The notes below the pieces were generated by a model. That model did not search any database. It had not been told where the DNA came from and saw only the letters and a list, made by a program, of their open reading frames with translations. A DNA stretch of 64,000 nucleotides. Origin: Calditrichia bacterium. GTDB taxonomy: Bacteria > Calditrichota > Calditrichia > RBG-13-44-9 > J075. The position numbers and the translations under genes are program-made. This document shows, piece by piece, positions 27,124 through 39,007 of this stretch. Position 1 is the first letter of the stretch. Every line of letters starts with the position of its first letter. The DNA is taken from positions 219,624-283,623 of the forward strand of contig JBOEGD010000007.1 in NCBI GenBank assembly GCA_050633245.1. Direction: 5' to 3'.

Positions 27124-30100
27124 TTAGACGCTGTTTCTTAGCGCAGATCCAATATCATGTAAATTGAAAGGCTTTGCAACGCATGCTGTGAAGCCGAAAG
27201 CCTTGTAGTTACTCATTATCGGATCATTTGAATAGCCGCTGGATACGATAGCATTTACATCCGGGTCAATTTCTTTGAGCATTAATATCGCATCCTTTCC
27301 ACCAATGCCTCCCGGAATGGTCAAATCCATAATTACTGCATCAAAACGCTCATCTTTGTCGAGGGCTTCTTTATAAATTTCAAAAGCCTCTCCTCCATCA
27401 ACCGCCGTCTCTACTGAATAACCCAGCCGGTTTAGCATCAAACCAACCAAACTGCGAATCGATTCTTCGTCGTCCATTATTAATACACGTCCTTCACCAG
27501 TCTGCATGGCCTCGGGAGATTCCTCGACAATGGCCTCTTTGTCGGGCACGGCTGGTAACAGAATAGTAAACATGGTCCCTTCGCCTTCGACAGAATCCAC
27601 GCGAATATAACCATCGTGTTTAGAAATGATAGAGTAGCAGGTTGCAAGACCAAGCCCACTCCCCTCTTCTTTCGTAGTAAAATATGGATCAAAAATTTTA
27701 CTGCGAATGTCTTCCGGAATACCGGGTCCCTCATCTGCAATGCTAATTTGCAAATAGTCTCCCTGCGGCATGGGATGATGTGGGAAATCCTGTTCCGATC
27801 GGATAGAAAGATTTCTACAAGAGACGTGCATTTTGCCCTTGCCTTTCATTTCCTGAAGCGCGTTAATAACAATATTATTCACAACCTGACTAATTTGTCC
27901 CTTATCCGCTTCAACTGGCCACAGATCATCTGGAAAATCGCAGCTGTAGGAAATCTTGCTGCCAACCAGAGTAAATTCGACCGTTTCCAGAACCAGTTCC
28001 CTAATGCTTGCGGGCCTTTTCAATGGAGCACCGCCTTTAGAGAAGGTTAGCAGTTGATGGGTTAAATCGCGTGCGCGATTGCTTGCACTTTCGGCTTCTT
28101 CCAAACGCTTGATGCTATTTGCTGAAATTTGATCATCAATTTTTGCAAGGGCAATGTTTCCAATAATGGCCGTTAACATATTATTAAAATTGTGTGCAAT
28201 TCCCCCGGCTAATATTCCTATAGACTCGAGCTTGAGCACTTTTTGGATTTCTTCTTCCATCTTTTGCTGATCGGTAATATCGCGAAAGGCAATTACAGTC
28301 CCGCTGATCTGGCTGTTCTCATCATTTATCGGTGCAACACTGAGGCTGATAATTGAAGGAGAATCGTTCTCTTGATGGAGCATGATATGGGCATGCTGTT
28401 CAACTTTACCGGTGCGTAACACTTCACGGGTCGGATCCAGCAGTTCCTCTTGCTTCTTCTCGGTTGACAACTTTAGCACATCAAGAATATTGCAGCCGAC
28501 GGCACGAAGTCGGTTTACACCTGTAATTTTTTCGGCAGCAGGGTTCATGAACAGAATAACATTTTCTTTGTCAGCAGTAATCACACCATCGGTAATGCTA
28601 TGCATGGTAACTCTTAACCGCTCTTGTTCACTGCTGAGCTCTTGCATGGAACGTTTGCGTTCGATGGCGCTGGCAATATGCTGTCCGACAAAGATCAACA
28701 GCTCCATATCCTTTTCACTAAAGCGAATATCTGAGCTGTAACTTTGCACAACGATCGCACCAAAACCACTATCTGCACGGACAAATGGGACACAAACCCA
28801 TTCAACGGCCATTTCTCCAAAGATATCATATCTACCTTCTTCAACCCCTTTCTTCATCCGTTCACGAGTGAGATGCAGCGGCTTACCCTCACGTATCGCA
28901 TATTCAGTAAGGCCATTCGTTTTAGTACGAGGCGTAGGAAAACTATCGAAGGCGTCGATAAAATAAGGGCAGTCCAGAGTGTCACTTGCACGATCATATA
29001 AAGCAATGTAGAAGTTTTCCGCATAGGTTAACTGTCCAACTACTGAGTGGATCGCTTCATAAAATTCATCCATGTCATCAGAGAATGAAGTAATAGCAGC
29101 AATACTATATAGCGCCCTCTGTCGCCTGTCCGCTTCCTTGCTTTCAGTAATATCACGAAAAACAGCCTGAACAACTTTCTTAGTTCCCATGCGGAATAAA
29201 TTTGCCGATACTTCGGCAGGGAAAACCACACCGCTGCGGTTAATAACATCTATTTCGAAGCGGACATAGCCTTTGCGGATCAGTTCGGTTGTGGCGGAAC
29301 GTAACAGAGCGTGCTGTTCTCTCGGATAAAAGCTACTGATATTCAAGGAAGTAACTTCTGCATCCAAGATGCCAAATTTTGACAACACCTGTTCATTGCA
29401 ATCCAGCAAGCGCCCGGAGATCTCATAAATTATGATGCAGTCATTCGAGAACTGAAACAAGTTACTATACTTTTCTTCACTAGAGCGTAGTGCGATTTCT
29501 GCCAGTCGCTTTTCGGTAATATCCTGATGAATAGACAAAATAGCCTTTTCACCCTGATAATTTACCAAAGCAGTATTGACGTCCATTAAGCGTTCGCGAT
29601 TATCTTTGCGCAGCTGACGCATCTCGAAATGGGTCGTACTTCCTTTTAAGACCGTTTCACGAATACAGAATTGCACCAGTGAAGGCTTTTTGGTAATGCT
29701 TTCAATTCGCATCTGCAAAAATTCTTCCTGGCTAAAGCCATAGACTTCGCAGGCACGTTCATTTACATCCAGAATGGAGTGGTCAGCAAGATTATATATG
29801 ATTATTGAGTCATGCACATTATCGAATAGCCCACGGAGGTCGCTTTCCTTTTGCTGCAATTCTTCCTCTTTGGTCTTTCGCTCGCGGATTTCTCTCTGCA
29901 GAGTTTTAATGGCGACGCCACGTTCTGCCACCATCTGATAGAGTTGGCGCAATCCGGGCCTGAATACGAAAGCACCCTCTAAAAATAAAACCAGCAGCAT
30001 GATCGCAAGAATCCAAACTTCTATTTCTTGAATCCAGGCAATCCGAACTTCCGATGCTGTTGCATAGTCGTTGGCCAGTTCATCCAGCTTCTGGATATAT

Positions 30101-30606
30101 GCCGCGCCATGAATCTGAATCAGATTCGTTAATTCTTCACGACTAATCTGAACCTTATCTTGTGATGTTTTTTGTTGAAAGACTGTTTCGATTAGCTGAA
30201 CTTTTTCCGCAACTCGCTGAAGATCCGGTTCTGCTTTTTCGAGTAAGACATGAGCTGTCTCAATAGGCGTGTAGCTTCCGACATCTCCCAGGGCGATGTC
30301 CAGCTTGTCGTGATAGTTCTGCAACATACCGAGCAAAGACTGGATGCGGCCGAAGATAATATCGTAGTTTGTTGTGTCGCCAGCCTGAGGCATTTCTTTT
30401 AACGCATCATTTAAATCGGCGATATAAACGCGCTGTCGACTGGCAATAGAGATAAGGCTAGAGTCGTTAGACTGTTGCACAAGGGAGTAGTAAATAACGG
30501 CGAATCCAGCCATCGCAAGAAAGGCGATAAAGCCAAGACTGATCATATAGCGAAATTTCAGCTTACCTTCGCTTACATATCGAACCTGCTTTGTACTGTC
30601 GCTCAT
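27124..30606 (-). CDS. Membrane-bound hybrid histidine kinase (NarX/PilJ-like sensor, PAS, GAF, PAS, HisKA, HATPase, REC)
   Basis: Two TMs with [14 protein letters not shown] repeats, [17 protein letters not shown] and receiver MDLTIPGG. Confidence 0.92.
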   Translation of the reverse strand: MSDSTKQVRYVSEGKLKFRYMISLGFIAFLAMAGFAVIYYSLVQQSNDSSLISIASRQRVYIADLNDALKEMPQAGDTTNYDIIFGRIQSLLGMLQNYHDKLDIALGDVGSYTPIETAHVLLEKAEPDLQRVAEKVQLIETVFQQKTSQDKVQISREELTNLIQIHGAAYIQKLDELANDYATASEVRIAWIQEIEVWILAIMLLVLFLEGAFVFRPGLRQLYQMVAERGVAIKTLQREIRERKTKEEELQQKESDLRGLFDNVHDSIIIYNLADHSILDVNERACEVYGFSQEEFLQMRIESITKKPSLVQFCIRETVLKGSTTHFEMRQLRKDNRERLMDVNTALVNYQGEKAILSIHQDITEKRLAEIALRSSEEKYSNLFQFSNDCIIIYEISGRLLDCNEQVLSKFGILDAEVTSLNISSFYPREQHALLRSATTELIRKGYVRFEIDVINRSGVVFPAEVSANLFRMGTKKVVQAVFRDITESKEADRRQRALYSIAAITSFSDDMDEFYEAIHSVVGQLTYAENFYIALYDRASDTLDCPYFIDAFDSFPTPRTKTNGLTEYAIREGKPLHLTRERMKKGVEEGRYDIFGEMAVEWVCVPFVRADSGFGAIVVQSYSSDIRFSEKDMELLIFVGQHIASAIERKRSMQELSSEQERLRVTMHSITDGVITADKENVILFMNPAAEKITGVNRLRAVGCNILDVLKLSTEKKQEELLDPTREVLRTGKVEQHAHIMLHQENDSPSIISLSVAPINDENSQISGTVIAFRDITDQQKMEEEIQKVLKLESIGILAGGIAHNFNNMLTAIIGNIALAKIDDQISANSIKRLEEAESASNRARDLTHQLLTFSKGGAPLKRPASIRELVLETVEFTLVGSKISYSCDFPDDLWPVEADKGQISQVVNNIVINALQEMKGKGKMHVSCRNLSIRSEQDFPHHPMPQGDYLQISIADEGPGIPEDIRSKIFDPYFTTKEEGSGLGLATCYSIISKHDGYIRVDSVEGEGTMFTILLPAVPDKEAIVEESPEAMQTGEGRVLIMDDEESIRSLVGLMLNRLGYSVETAVDGGEAFEIYKEALDKDERFDAVIMDLTIPGGIGGKDAILMLKEIDPDVNAIVSSGYSNDPIMSNYKAFGFTACVAKPFNLHDIGSALRNSV

Positions 30607-30777
30607 TCCCAACTCCAAGAGTATCTGCATTCATTGCAATAGCAGTCGCAATAAATCATGCGACATGCAACCCCACATGGGGTTTCCATTTTACTTGTCT
30701 GTGACGAACTGTCTATGTCTTACCGACAAGCCGGGTTAAGATTTTAGTTGGGCAGCCAAATCTTTTATGCTTACGTC

Positions 30778-33700
30778 TTATTCGTTTACTGAGTTTTGAT
30801 TTACAGCATCAGTAGTTGATTGTAAAATTTCTTTAAGCGCTTTACCCAAAAGCTGCACATTATATGGTTTAAGGATTCGCCCCTTAAAACCATGGGAAAG
30901 ATATTCAGCCATAACCGGGTCGTTGGAATAACCACTTGAAACAAGTGCATTAATATTCGGTTCTATTTTAATAAGTTCTTCGATTGCATCTTTTCCACTC
31001 ATTCCTCCCGGTACAGTCAGGTCGAGAAGAACAGCATCGAAAGGTTCGTTCTCCAGAATCGCCGTATTAAACGCATCGATTGCAGCTGCTCCGTCATGCG
31101 TTAAAACATAAGAATAACCAAGTTTATCGAGCATTGCGCTGGCAACGTCCAGAATTGTTTGCTCGTCATCCATTACCAGAATTTTACCCGTTCCGTTCAT
31201 TAGAGCCTTGCTAGGCTTGTTCTTCTTAACCATGAGTTCGGGAATGGCGGGAAGGAGGATTGTGAACTCAGACCCCTTCTGATAGTCTGATTCAACAAAG
31301 ATATAGCCATCATGACGCTTAATTATCGAGTATGATGTCGCAAGTCCCAGACCACTCCCCTTCTGCTTCGTGGTAAAGTATGGATCAAACACCTGTTCGA
31401 GATATTCCCTGGGAATCCCTACTCCTTCATCCCCAACCACGATACGAACGTAATTTCCAGGGATAAGCAGGATATCGCGAAAGTGGGTATTTTCGTAGAC
31501 CGGAAAGTTCTCGCACAACATATAGATTTTTCCGCCATTGGGCATTGCCTGTGCCGCATTTAGAACGAGATTGTTTATTACCTGGCTAATTTGCCCCTCA
31601 TCGACCTCCACATTCCAGAGTTTTGGAGCGATTAAAAATTCTGATTTGGATCTGCTTCCTCGCAAAGCAAATCCAGCGGTTTCGGTAATAATGTCCTGAA
31701 TTGAGGCCGCCCGCTTAATTGGCGCGCCACCCTTGGCAAAAGTTAATAACTGCTGAGTCAGCTCACGCGCACGCATTGCGGCCCGTTCTGCGTCGTCCAG
31801 ACGCAGGCTTACAACCTCATTATCTGAAACAGACAGTTTTCCAAGTGAGATATTCCCAATAATTGCAGTCAAAATATTATTAAAGTCGTGCGCGATCCCT
31901 CCGGCAAGAACGCCTAGCGATTCAAGCTTTTGGGTTCGTCTAACCTCTTCCTCGAGTGCAACCTGATGCGTAACATCCCGAAGCACAAGCACGGAGCCAA
32001 TTCGCTCTCGATCCGCATTATACATTGGCTTAAGCGTGCTGGTAATCTTGTATTTTCTGCCGTCGCGCTGCAAAATTTCAATAGGCATATTTTGCTGATA
32101 ATCTTCAGAATCTTCGAGAAGCTGAGACATACTACTGCCGTTATTTATTTTGAGATTTTGAGTTAGCGAGCGTAGACCTTTCCCGATAACCTCTCCCGAG
32201 TTGCAGTTAAGCAATCTACCGGCAACCTCATTCATCAAAATAACATTGTTCTGCGTGTCTATGGCTACAACGCCGTCACCAATACTTTTCACCGTTACAC
32301 TTAACCGTTCTTTCTCTTCAGCCAGCGCTTTCTGAAAACGCATATGATCGGTAACGTTGCGTGCCACGACACGCACTAGAGGTGCCCCCGTGACAGGTAT
32401 GCGTAACGAGTTGCGATATTCCAAAACAACGGTTTCACTGTTACGACTCAGAATACTTAAATAACCGGAGTTTTGTTCTTCATCGCGAAGTTTTTGCAGA
32501 TACTCTTCAAACGTTTCAACCGACTCTTCAGTAACGAAGTCTGCCAGTGAGGCATTATTTAATGAGTCTGACGCGTCTACAGCAAACAGTTCAACCATTG
32601 CGCGATTTACCGAGATCAACTTGCCATTGAAATCATGCGTAAAAATACAGTCCGTACTATTTTCCACGATATCGCGATAACGCTGCTCACTATCCACAAG
32701 AGCTGTTATCGCATTATTTCTCTCGGTAACATCCTCTGCCATAAGAATAATAAACTGTGGGTCATCATCAGAGTTTTTCACTAGTGTGGCAGTCAGCTGC
32801 ACCGAGATCTCCGGATTATCCCCCTGGCCAAGTCGGCATTCCAACTGATGGCGTCCGCCAGACAAATTCAATTTTTCCAACAGCTCAACATGATCGGGCA
32901 CACCCGCATCGGCACTATAGTAGTCTTTAAACAACTTGCCGCGCAAATTATAGTCTTCAACATAAAGCATTTTTTTAAGCGCAACATTCGATTCGAGGAT
33001 ACGACCGTCAAGTCGCAGAAGAAGAATCCCTATTCCTGCATTATCAAAAATTGTGCGGAAGCGCTCCTCACTTTCAGCAAGCGCCGTTTGAACAGTATTA
33101 CGATCTGTAATATCACGCGAGTTCACAACAATGCCGGCAATAATAGGATTATCAATAAGATTACTGGCCATTGCTTCAAGATAGGTCATTTGACCATTGC
33201 TATTTCGAATGCGATACTCCAGTGGCCCGTGAAAATCCGGCTCATCAATCAATCGCTTCACTTCCTGTTGCAATACGTTTAGATCATCCGAATGCACAAA
33301 ATCAAAAATACACGTGTTCAGCATCTCAGGTGCTTGGTACCCGAGTAGCTTTTCGACAGATGGGCTAATGTATTTAATCGTGCCATCCGGCTCCAAAACA
33401 GTAATGATATCGCTGGAATATTGAACAAGTGAACGAAAGCGTTCTTCCTTCTCACGAAGTGCTTTCTCGGTTGCTTTCCGTTCTGAAATATCTCTACCAA
33501 TTGCGAGCACCGTCTCACGACCGTTAAAGTCGAAGATCTGTGAATTTACCTCAAACGGGATGAGTTGTCCGTCTCTGGTCTTGCCATATATTTCGAGAAG
33601 CTGTTTTCTATTCCGCCGCAATTTTCTAAGCTGCAGTGGCAGTCGATGATACTCGTCCTCAGGTAAAAGGTCCTTCAGCCGCAACCCCTTCATTTCATCA

Positions 33701-35397
33701 ACAGAGTAACCAAAGATGCTGCACGCTACACTATTTGCCTCAATAATTTGAAAGGCGTTTTCCTCTATAATCGGAAATACCAGAACCACATCGCTCATCC
33801 CGCCAAAGAGCCTCTGATAGCGCGCTTCACTTTGTATTGAAGCAACGGCCAACTGATTGTTCTCGACAGCAACTCCGGCGATATCAGCAGCGATTCCCAT
33901 GAGTTCGATTTGGCGCATCGTAGGAACGATTGGCACATCGCTATATATTGTTAGTGCCCCAACGGCTTTATCATTCTGTAAGAAAACCGGCATTGAGCAG
34001 GAAGACTGAATATTAAACTCTTTAGCAAATTGCTTTACCGCCTCCCAATGCCGATCGTTCTGAACATCCTCACAAATAATCAATTTATTTTCAACAATAG
34101 AACCGACACATGGGCCGTTTCCAAGCTCACAGTTCATCACCGCGCTCAGGCGACGGAATTCTTCAGGCATACCAGGTGCTGCTGCCAAATTTATCGTATT
34201 TCTCTGTTCATCGAGAATTGAAATAGAGCATCGAATACCTGGAATTTGCTCTTCGATGAATTCTGCAACTTCCTTTAGAATTTGATCGAGTGTCGTGCCA
34301 CGAGCCATCGACTCGAGCAGTCGTTTCTGGCCGGTCAAAATGTCTTCTGAAGCCTTGCGTTCGGAATTGTCTCTAATCAGTGTTTGAATACTAATTTTTC
34401 CATCACTCTGAAAAGGCAGACTCGTCATTTCAATTGTCGCAGGCAAACCATTGGCGCGAACAATTCGCTGCTCATATAAATATTCCTGGACGCCATTCTT
34501 AACGATATTCTTGAAACGTCGACGCATATCTGCCACGACTTCCACCGGAAAAAAGGCAAGCAGATCCACACCAATCAGCGTTGTTTCTTCATCTGCGGCA
34601 AGAAGCTTTGCCCCGGCAGGATTAATAAACTCAATCTTACCCATGTCGTGAACAACGATCATTTCCTGGCTATGTTCGAGCAAGCGGCGATAGCGTTCTT
34701 CACTTTTACGCATCAATTTTTCAAAACGGCTACGCTCGGTTATTTCCTGCAGCGTACCTTGGAACACAACACCATCTACCGTGCTTAGTTTATCGCCCAG
34801 GGATTCAATTTGAATTTCACGGCCGCTGCTATGCAGTCCCCGATACTCCATATCCAATGGAGTGGAAGCCGTATTCAGGCAGTCTCGGATAGCTGAGGCA
34901 ACAGAGTCGCGGTCTTCTGAATGGACAAACTCGGAAAAATCTCTGCCATGCAAATAATCTCGTGTAACACCAAAAATTTCTCCAAACCTGGGGTTTGCAT
35001 AGGTAATTTTTCCATCCTCTACCCGATAAACTCCAACCAGAGACTTTTCAACTAATGTTTCATAGCGCGGACTAAGCTGTTCTTGCAGCGAATTCAGAAG
35101 TTGATAACTACCAAATAGCAAACAGACGAATCCCAGTGGAAGAAAGAGAAAACGAAAAGCGGCACCGAGTGGTACAAGGAGGGAATATTCCTGGATTAGT
35201 TCGGGAGTTAAATTGTGAAATGCGCTGCCAACCATTGAATTTGTCAGAATTAAGCCAATGCCAAGCCAAATCGTCCAGTATCCACGCAAAGGTATTTTTA
35301 TCAGCCTTTTAGTCAAACGATAAAATGCGATGCTGGCAACAACAATAATTGAAATACGCAACAGACTCAACCACAGCATTAGACGATCCTGGTTCAT
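30778..35397 (-). CDS. Multi-PAS/GAF hybrid histidine kinase with N-terminal TM helices
   Basis: About three TMs, several PAS/PAC repeats (SEERYR, RDISERK), GAF, AHDFNNIL, GSGLGL and receiver LDLTVPGG. Confidence 0.93.
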   Translation of the reverse strand: MNQDRLMLWLSLLRISIIVVASIAFYRLTKRLIKIPLRGYWTIWLGIGLILTNSMVGSAFHNLTPELIQEYSLLVPLGAAFRFLFLPLGFVCLLFGSYQLLNSLQEQLSPRYETLVEKSLVGVYRVEDGKITYANPRFGEIFGVTRDYLHGRDFSEFVHSEDRDSVASAIRDCLNTASTPLDMEYRGLHSSGREIQIESLGDKLSTVDGVVFQGTLQEITERSRFEKLMRKSEERYRRLLEHSQEMIVVHDMGKIEFINPAGAKLLAADEETTLIGVDLLAFFPVEVVADMRRRFKNIVKNGVQEYLYEQRIVRANGLPATIEMTSLPFQSDGKISIQTLIRDNSERKASEDILTGQKRLLESMARGTTLDQILKEVAEFIEEQIPGIRCSISILDEQRNTINLAAAPGMPEEFRRLSAVMNCELGNGPCVGSIVENKLIICEDVQNDRHWEAVKQFAKEFNIQSSCSMPVFLQNDKAVGALTIYSDVPIVPTMRQIELMGIAADIAGVAVENNQLAVASIQSEARYQRLFGGMSDVVLVFPIIEENAFQIIEANSVACSIFGYSVDEMKGLRLKDLLPEDEYHRLPLQLRKLRRNRKQLLEIYGKTRDGQLIPFEVNSQIFDFNGRETVLAIGRDISERKATEKALREKEERFRSLVQYSSDIITVLEPDGTIKYISPSVEKLLGYQAPEMLNTCIFDFVHSDDLNVLQQEVKRLIDEPDFHGPLEYRIRNSNGQMTYLEAMASNLIDNPIIAGIVVNSRDITDRNTVQTALAESEERFRTIFDNAGIGILLLRLDGRILESNVALKKMLYVEDYNLRGKLFKDYYSADAGVPDHVELLEKLNLSGGRHQLECRLGQGDNPEISVQLTATLVKNSDDDPQFIILMAEDVTERNNAITALVDSEQRYRDIVENSTDCIFTHDFNGKLISVNRAMVELFAVDASDSLNNASLADFVTEESVETFEEYLQKLRDEEQNSGYLSILSRNSETVVLEYRNSLRIPVTGAPLVRVVARNVTDHMRFQKALAEEKERLSVTVKSIGDGVVAIDTQNNVILMNEVAGRLLNCNSGEVIGKGLRSLTQNLKINNGSSMSQLLEDSEDYQQNMPIEILQRDGRKYKITSTLKPMYNADRERIGSVLVLRDVTHQVALEEEVRRTQKLESLGVLAGGIAHDFNNILTAIIGNISLGKLSVSDNEVVSLRLDDAERAAMRARELTQQLLTFAKGGAPIKRAASIQDIITETAGFALRGSRSKSEFLIAPKLWNVEVDEGQISQVINNLVLNAAQAMPNGGKIYMLCENFPVYENTHFRDILLIPGNYVRIVVGDEGVGIPREYLEQVFDPYFTTKQKGSGLGLATSYSIIKRHDGYIFVESDYQKGSEFTILLPAIPELMVKKNKPSKALMNGTGKILVMDDEQTILDVASAMLDKLGYSYVLTHDGAAAIDAFNTAILENEPFDAVLLDLTVPGGMSGKDAIEELIKIEPNINALVSSGYSNDPVMAEYLSHGFKGRILKPYNVQLLGKALKEILQSTTDAVNQNSVNE

Positions 35398-35711
35398 TTT
35401 TGAGCATGCACAATGGCATTTAGCTCGTTAGGGCAAACTGTATTGGATAGTAGAAGACTGGAATGCAAAATTACCTGCCGGGATGACAATCTCAGCGCTT
35501 ATCTTGCAAGTCATCGTTCTACATTATACAACTGAAAATTGCGAATGTATATATTATTTTGCGTAGACCGGAAAAATGTCTACAGGCAGGCGGGAAAGCT
35601 TCGAGGATACAAAAGCCTTCCTGCCTCGAACGTCAAAACCTCTCAACCCTCTCCATTCGAGAGATCAACCAGGACCTTACTATGTTCGAGACAGGAAGAT
35701 CTGCTTCTGTC

Positions 35712-36884
35712 TTAGTCCATTTGTTTTCTCAAGAAGGTCGGGATATCCAGATCTTCTATATCATTATCCATACGAACATTATCGGTACCGGTCTTAAGCT
35801 GTTGTCTGTTTGGAACCTCTTCAGGCTTTTTCTTCTCACGCATAAACGTAGGAAGGTCCAACAGCTTCGGACTTGTTTCTGCGGCGACCGTTTCCTGCTT
35901 CGGCGGCTCATTTGCAACGCGCTCTTCGACCATAAACCCGGTAGCAATTACGGTAATAAAAATCTCATCCGTCAGGTTATCATCGAGTACGGCACCAAAA
36001 ATTACGTTAGCATCTTCGCCAGCCTCTTCGTAAATAATCGTTGTGGCTTCACTAACCTCATAAAGAGACATGTCTGGTCCACCGGTAATATTAACCAACA
36101 CGCCACGTGCACCGTTGATGGAAACACCTTCCAATAGCGGACTGGAGATAGCCTGTTGGGCAGCCTGAATGGCCTTACCTTCGCCACGTGCGGCGCCGGT
36201 TCCCATAAGGGCATCACCCATTTCAGCCATAATGGTGCGAACATCTGCAAAGTCCAGATTGATAAGTCCGGGAACGGTGATGAGATCGGAAATACCTTTG
36301 GTTGCATGCAGCAACACATCGTCAGCAACTTTAAATGCGTCAAGTAGCGGAGTAGACTTGTCCACTACGGCAAAAAGACGCTGATTAGGTATAACAATTA
36401 GAGTATCGACAACTTTGCGCATTTCTTTAATACCTTCTTCAGCGCGTTTTAATCTTTTTATTCCTTCGAAATTAAAGGGCTTGGTAACGATACCAACAGT
36501 AAGTGCTCCAAGCTCTTTGGCAATCTCAGCAACCACAGGTGCAGCACCTGTTCCGGTTCCACCACCCATGCCGGCGGTAACAAAAACCATGTCGGCTCCG
36601 GTAAGCAACCGGGCAACTTCTTCACGATCTTCTTCAACCGCACGAGCACCTACATCAGGATTAGCACCGGCGCCGAGTCCCTGGGTCAACATTTGACCAA
36701 TTTGCAGCTTTTGCGGTGCAAGATTTGTCTCGAGTGATTGGGAATCGGTATTTACCGCAATAAAGTCTACACCAAACAACCCCGAATTCATCATCGTATT
36801 AATTGCGTTTCCACCGGCGCCACCAACACCAATAACCTTCAGTTTCGCGTTTCGTTCTGCTCTTTCGTCAAATTCAATGGCCAT
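35712..36884 (-). CDS. ftsZ: Cell division protein FtsZ
   Basis: GVGGAGGNA, tubulin signature [17 protein letters not shown] and C-terminal [11 protein letters not shown]. Confidence 0.99.
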   Translation of the reverse strand: MAIEFDERAERNAKLKVIGVGGAGGNAINTMMNSGLFGVDFIAVNTDSQSLETNLAPQKLQIGQMLTQGLGAGANPDVGARAVEEDREEVARLLTGADMVFVTAGMGGGTGTGAAPVVAEIAKELGALTVGIVTKPFNFEGIKRLKRAEEGIKEMRKVVDTLIVIPNQRLFAVVDKSTPLLDAFKVADDVLLHATKGISDLITVPGLINLDFADVRTIMAEMGDALMGTGAARGEGKAIQAAQQAISSPLLEGVSINGARGVLVNITGGPDMSLYEVSEATTIIYEEAGEDANVIFGAVLDDNLTDEIFITVIATGFMVEERVANEPPKQETVAAETSPKLLDLPTFMREKKKPEEVPNRQQLKTGTDNVRMDNDIEDLDIPTFLRKQMD

Positions 36885-36954
36885 AATTTCAGCCTCCTTT
36901 TAATGGTTGATCTCTTTTTGCTATTGATCTCTCGTCAATTTATATGCAATGCGC

Positions 36955-38187
36955 TTAGAAGAAGCGCTTAAAAAACTGGCTAAAGCTAGACATCACGTCT
37001 TCCCAGAGATTCACATCGTCTCCGCGAACAAAGGACGTCTTTTCATTATATTTTGCACCGTAAAGACAAAGCCCTACCGAAGTGCTATAGATTGGACTGC
37101 GAACAGAGTCTGTAAGACCACCAAGATATTTAGGTAATCCAAGTCTTACCGGAACACCCCATATCTTTTCTGCCATATCAGCAGTTCCCTCAAGAAGAGC
37201 ACCGCCACCGGTAATCACCGCTCCGGCAGCCATAAGTTCGAGCAAACCGGACTTATGCATCTTCTGATAGGCCAGGGTCAACAGCTCTTCCATGCGTGGG
37301 GCAACGATATCAACAAGAACCGATTTGGAAATCGTTCTGGCGGGACGCCCACCAACTCCCGGCACCATTATGGTATCGCTTTCGGTGAGGTTTTCGCGCG
37401 TTACGGAACCGTGCTGTAGTTTAATTTCTTCCGCTTGATCTGGCGGAGTACGCAATCCGATTGCGATATCATTCGTTACATGCGTTCCACCCAGCGCAAC
37501 GACAGAAGTATGCTGAATATGTCCATCGAAGAACATTGCAATATCAGCGGTTCCACCACCAAAGTCGACCAGCGTTACACCCAGCGATCGCTCATCATCA
37601 TCCAGAACAGCCAGGCTGGAAGCAAGCGGTTCCAGAATAATGTCTTCAACATCATATCCGGCGCGCTGCACGCTTCGCACTATGTTCTGTGCCGACGTAA
37701 CGGCAGCCGTTACAATGTGAACTTCTACTTCCAAGCGAACACCGGACATACCGATCGGATCCGGAATACCATCCTGATCATCCACTATAAATTCTTGTGG
37801 AATTACATGGATAATCTCACGATCAATTGGAAGAGCAAGTGCCTTGGCAGCATTTATAGCGCGATCGACATCTTCCTGTGTGATCTCATGATCATCGCGG
37901 GAAACACCGACCATGCCTTTGCTATTGAGGCTGCGAATATGGTCTCCGGCAATACCGACATAAACCGTATCGACCTCAACACCAGCCATAATTTGAGCTT
38001 CGTCCAGGGCAGAGCGCACCGATGAGACGGTCTTGTCAATATTGACAACCACCCCTTTGCGCAATCCATGCGAAGGTGAACTTCCGATGCCGACAACATT
38101 CAGTTTTCCGTCGGTATCCTCTTTGACGATAACAGCACATATCTTTGTCGTGCCGATATCCAGTCCGGTTATAATGCGACCTTCCAT
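36955..38187 (-). CDS. ftsA: Cell division protein FtsA
   Basis: GLDIGTTKI, GLRKGVVVNID, PIGMSGVRLE, DFGGGT and ITGGGALL. Confidence 0.99.
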   Translation of the reverse strand: MEGRIITGLDIGTTKICAVIVKEDTDGKLNVVGIGSSPSHGLRKGVVVNIDKTVSSVRSALDEAQIMAGVEVDTVYVGIAGDHIRSLNSKGMVGVSRDDHEITQEDVDRAINAAKALALPIDREIIHVIPQEFIVDDQDGIPDPIGMSGVRLEVEVHIVTAAVTSAQNIVRSVQRAGYDVEDIILEPLASSLAVLDDDERSLGVTLVDFGGGTADIAMFFDGHIQHTSVVALGGTHVTNDIAIGLRTPPDQAEEIKLQHGSVTRENLTESDTIMVPGVGGRPARTISKSVLVDIVAPRMEELLTLAYQKMHKSGLLELMAAGAVITGGGALLEGTADMAEKIWGVPVRLGLPKYLGGLTDSVRSPIYSTSVGLCLYGAKYNEKTSFVRGDDVNLWEDVMSSFSQFFKRFF

Positions 38188-38207
38188 ATTCAGACTCTCT
38201 GGTTTAG

Positions 38208-38984
38208 TTAGTCTTTCTTTTGCAAAATTATCCGATCCCTGAAGGTCAGGTCGAGACGCTGCACAGTCGGCAACATTTCGGCGATCGGCTTTTTATTCAA
38301 AAATTCACTCAGTAGAAACAAGCGTTCATAATGGCGTTCTTTTCCAAGACGAACCAGTGCCCCACCACGCACCAGATAGAGCTCTGGCCAGCGATCTTTC
38401 TTAATGTTAATCTCCGAAATCAATGAGAGTAGTTTTTCATCCACTTCACGGATTTTCTTGACTAGTTCTATGGCCTGAAAAAGCGGCGTGCGATCTTCTT
38501 CAAGTTCGGCAACACTGAGCCCGGTAACCAGCGGCAGGTTACCAACCGGCATACGTGGCAAACGCTCTAACATAGTTCCTGACTCGTCTACCATATAAAC
38601 AGATTTGTCGATCATATATAGAACAGGAACGCGTTCTTTCACGCTTATCAATACGGTTGCCGGCAGTGCACGAGCGACATTCGCAGCACGGATATATTTG
38701 TTCTCCATTAGATTGCTGGTTATATCCTCAACGCTCATTCGAAACATTGCTTCTTCAATTTCAATGCCGCTAGCCTCGGCAATATCCTCTTGCTCCAAAT
38801 AGTTGTTTCCGCTTATTTCCATGTTTTCAACACGAAAAAAGTCGCTGCGAAAGAACAGCTGCATGCCGATAGAATAGACGATGTAAAAACCAATAAATGC
38901 TACCGCCCAAATCAGAGCTTCCCGTGGAGAGGGATAAAACATCGTTTTTCGCTTTAAGACTTTCCGCTTCATTTCAGTATCCAA
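38208..38984 (-). CDS. ftsQ: Cell division protein FtsQ/DivIB (POTRA)
   Basis: Single TM, FFRVENMEISGN POTRA start, ISVKERVP and LDLTFRDRII. Positioned before ftsA. Confidence 0.9.
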   Translation of the reverse strand: MDTEMKRKVLKRKTMFYPSPREALIWAVAFIGFYIVYSIGMQLFFRSDFFRVENMEISGNNYLEQEDIAEASGIEIEEAMFRMSVEDITSNLMENKYIRAANVARALPATVLISVKERVPVLYMIDKSVYMVDESGTMLERLPRMPVGNLPLVTGLSVAELEEDRTPLFQAIELVKKIREVDEKLLSLISEINIKKDRWPELYLVRGGALVRLGKERHYERLFLLSEFLNKKPIAEMLPTVQRLDLTFRDRIILQKKD

Positions 38985-39007
38985 TAACAGGTATAGACCA
39001 TTTTTTC

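Noticed and set aside
35559-38025. Plus-strand ORFs of 192 aa (35559..36137) and 196 aa (37435..38025)
   Set aside because: Antisense to highly conserved ftsZ and ftsA, with no recognisable domains.
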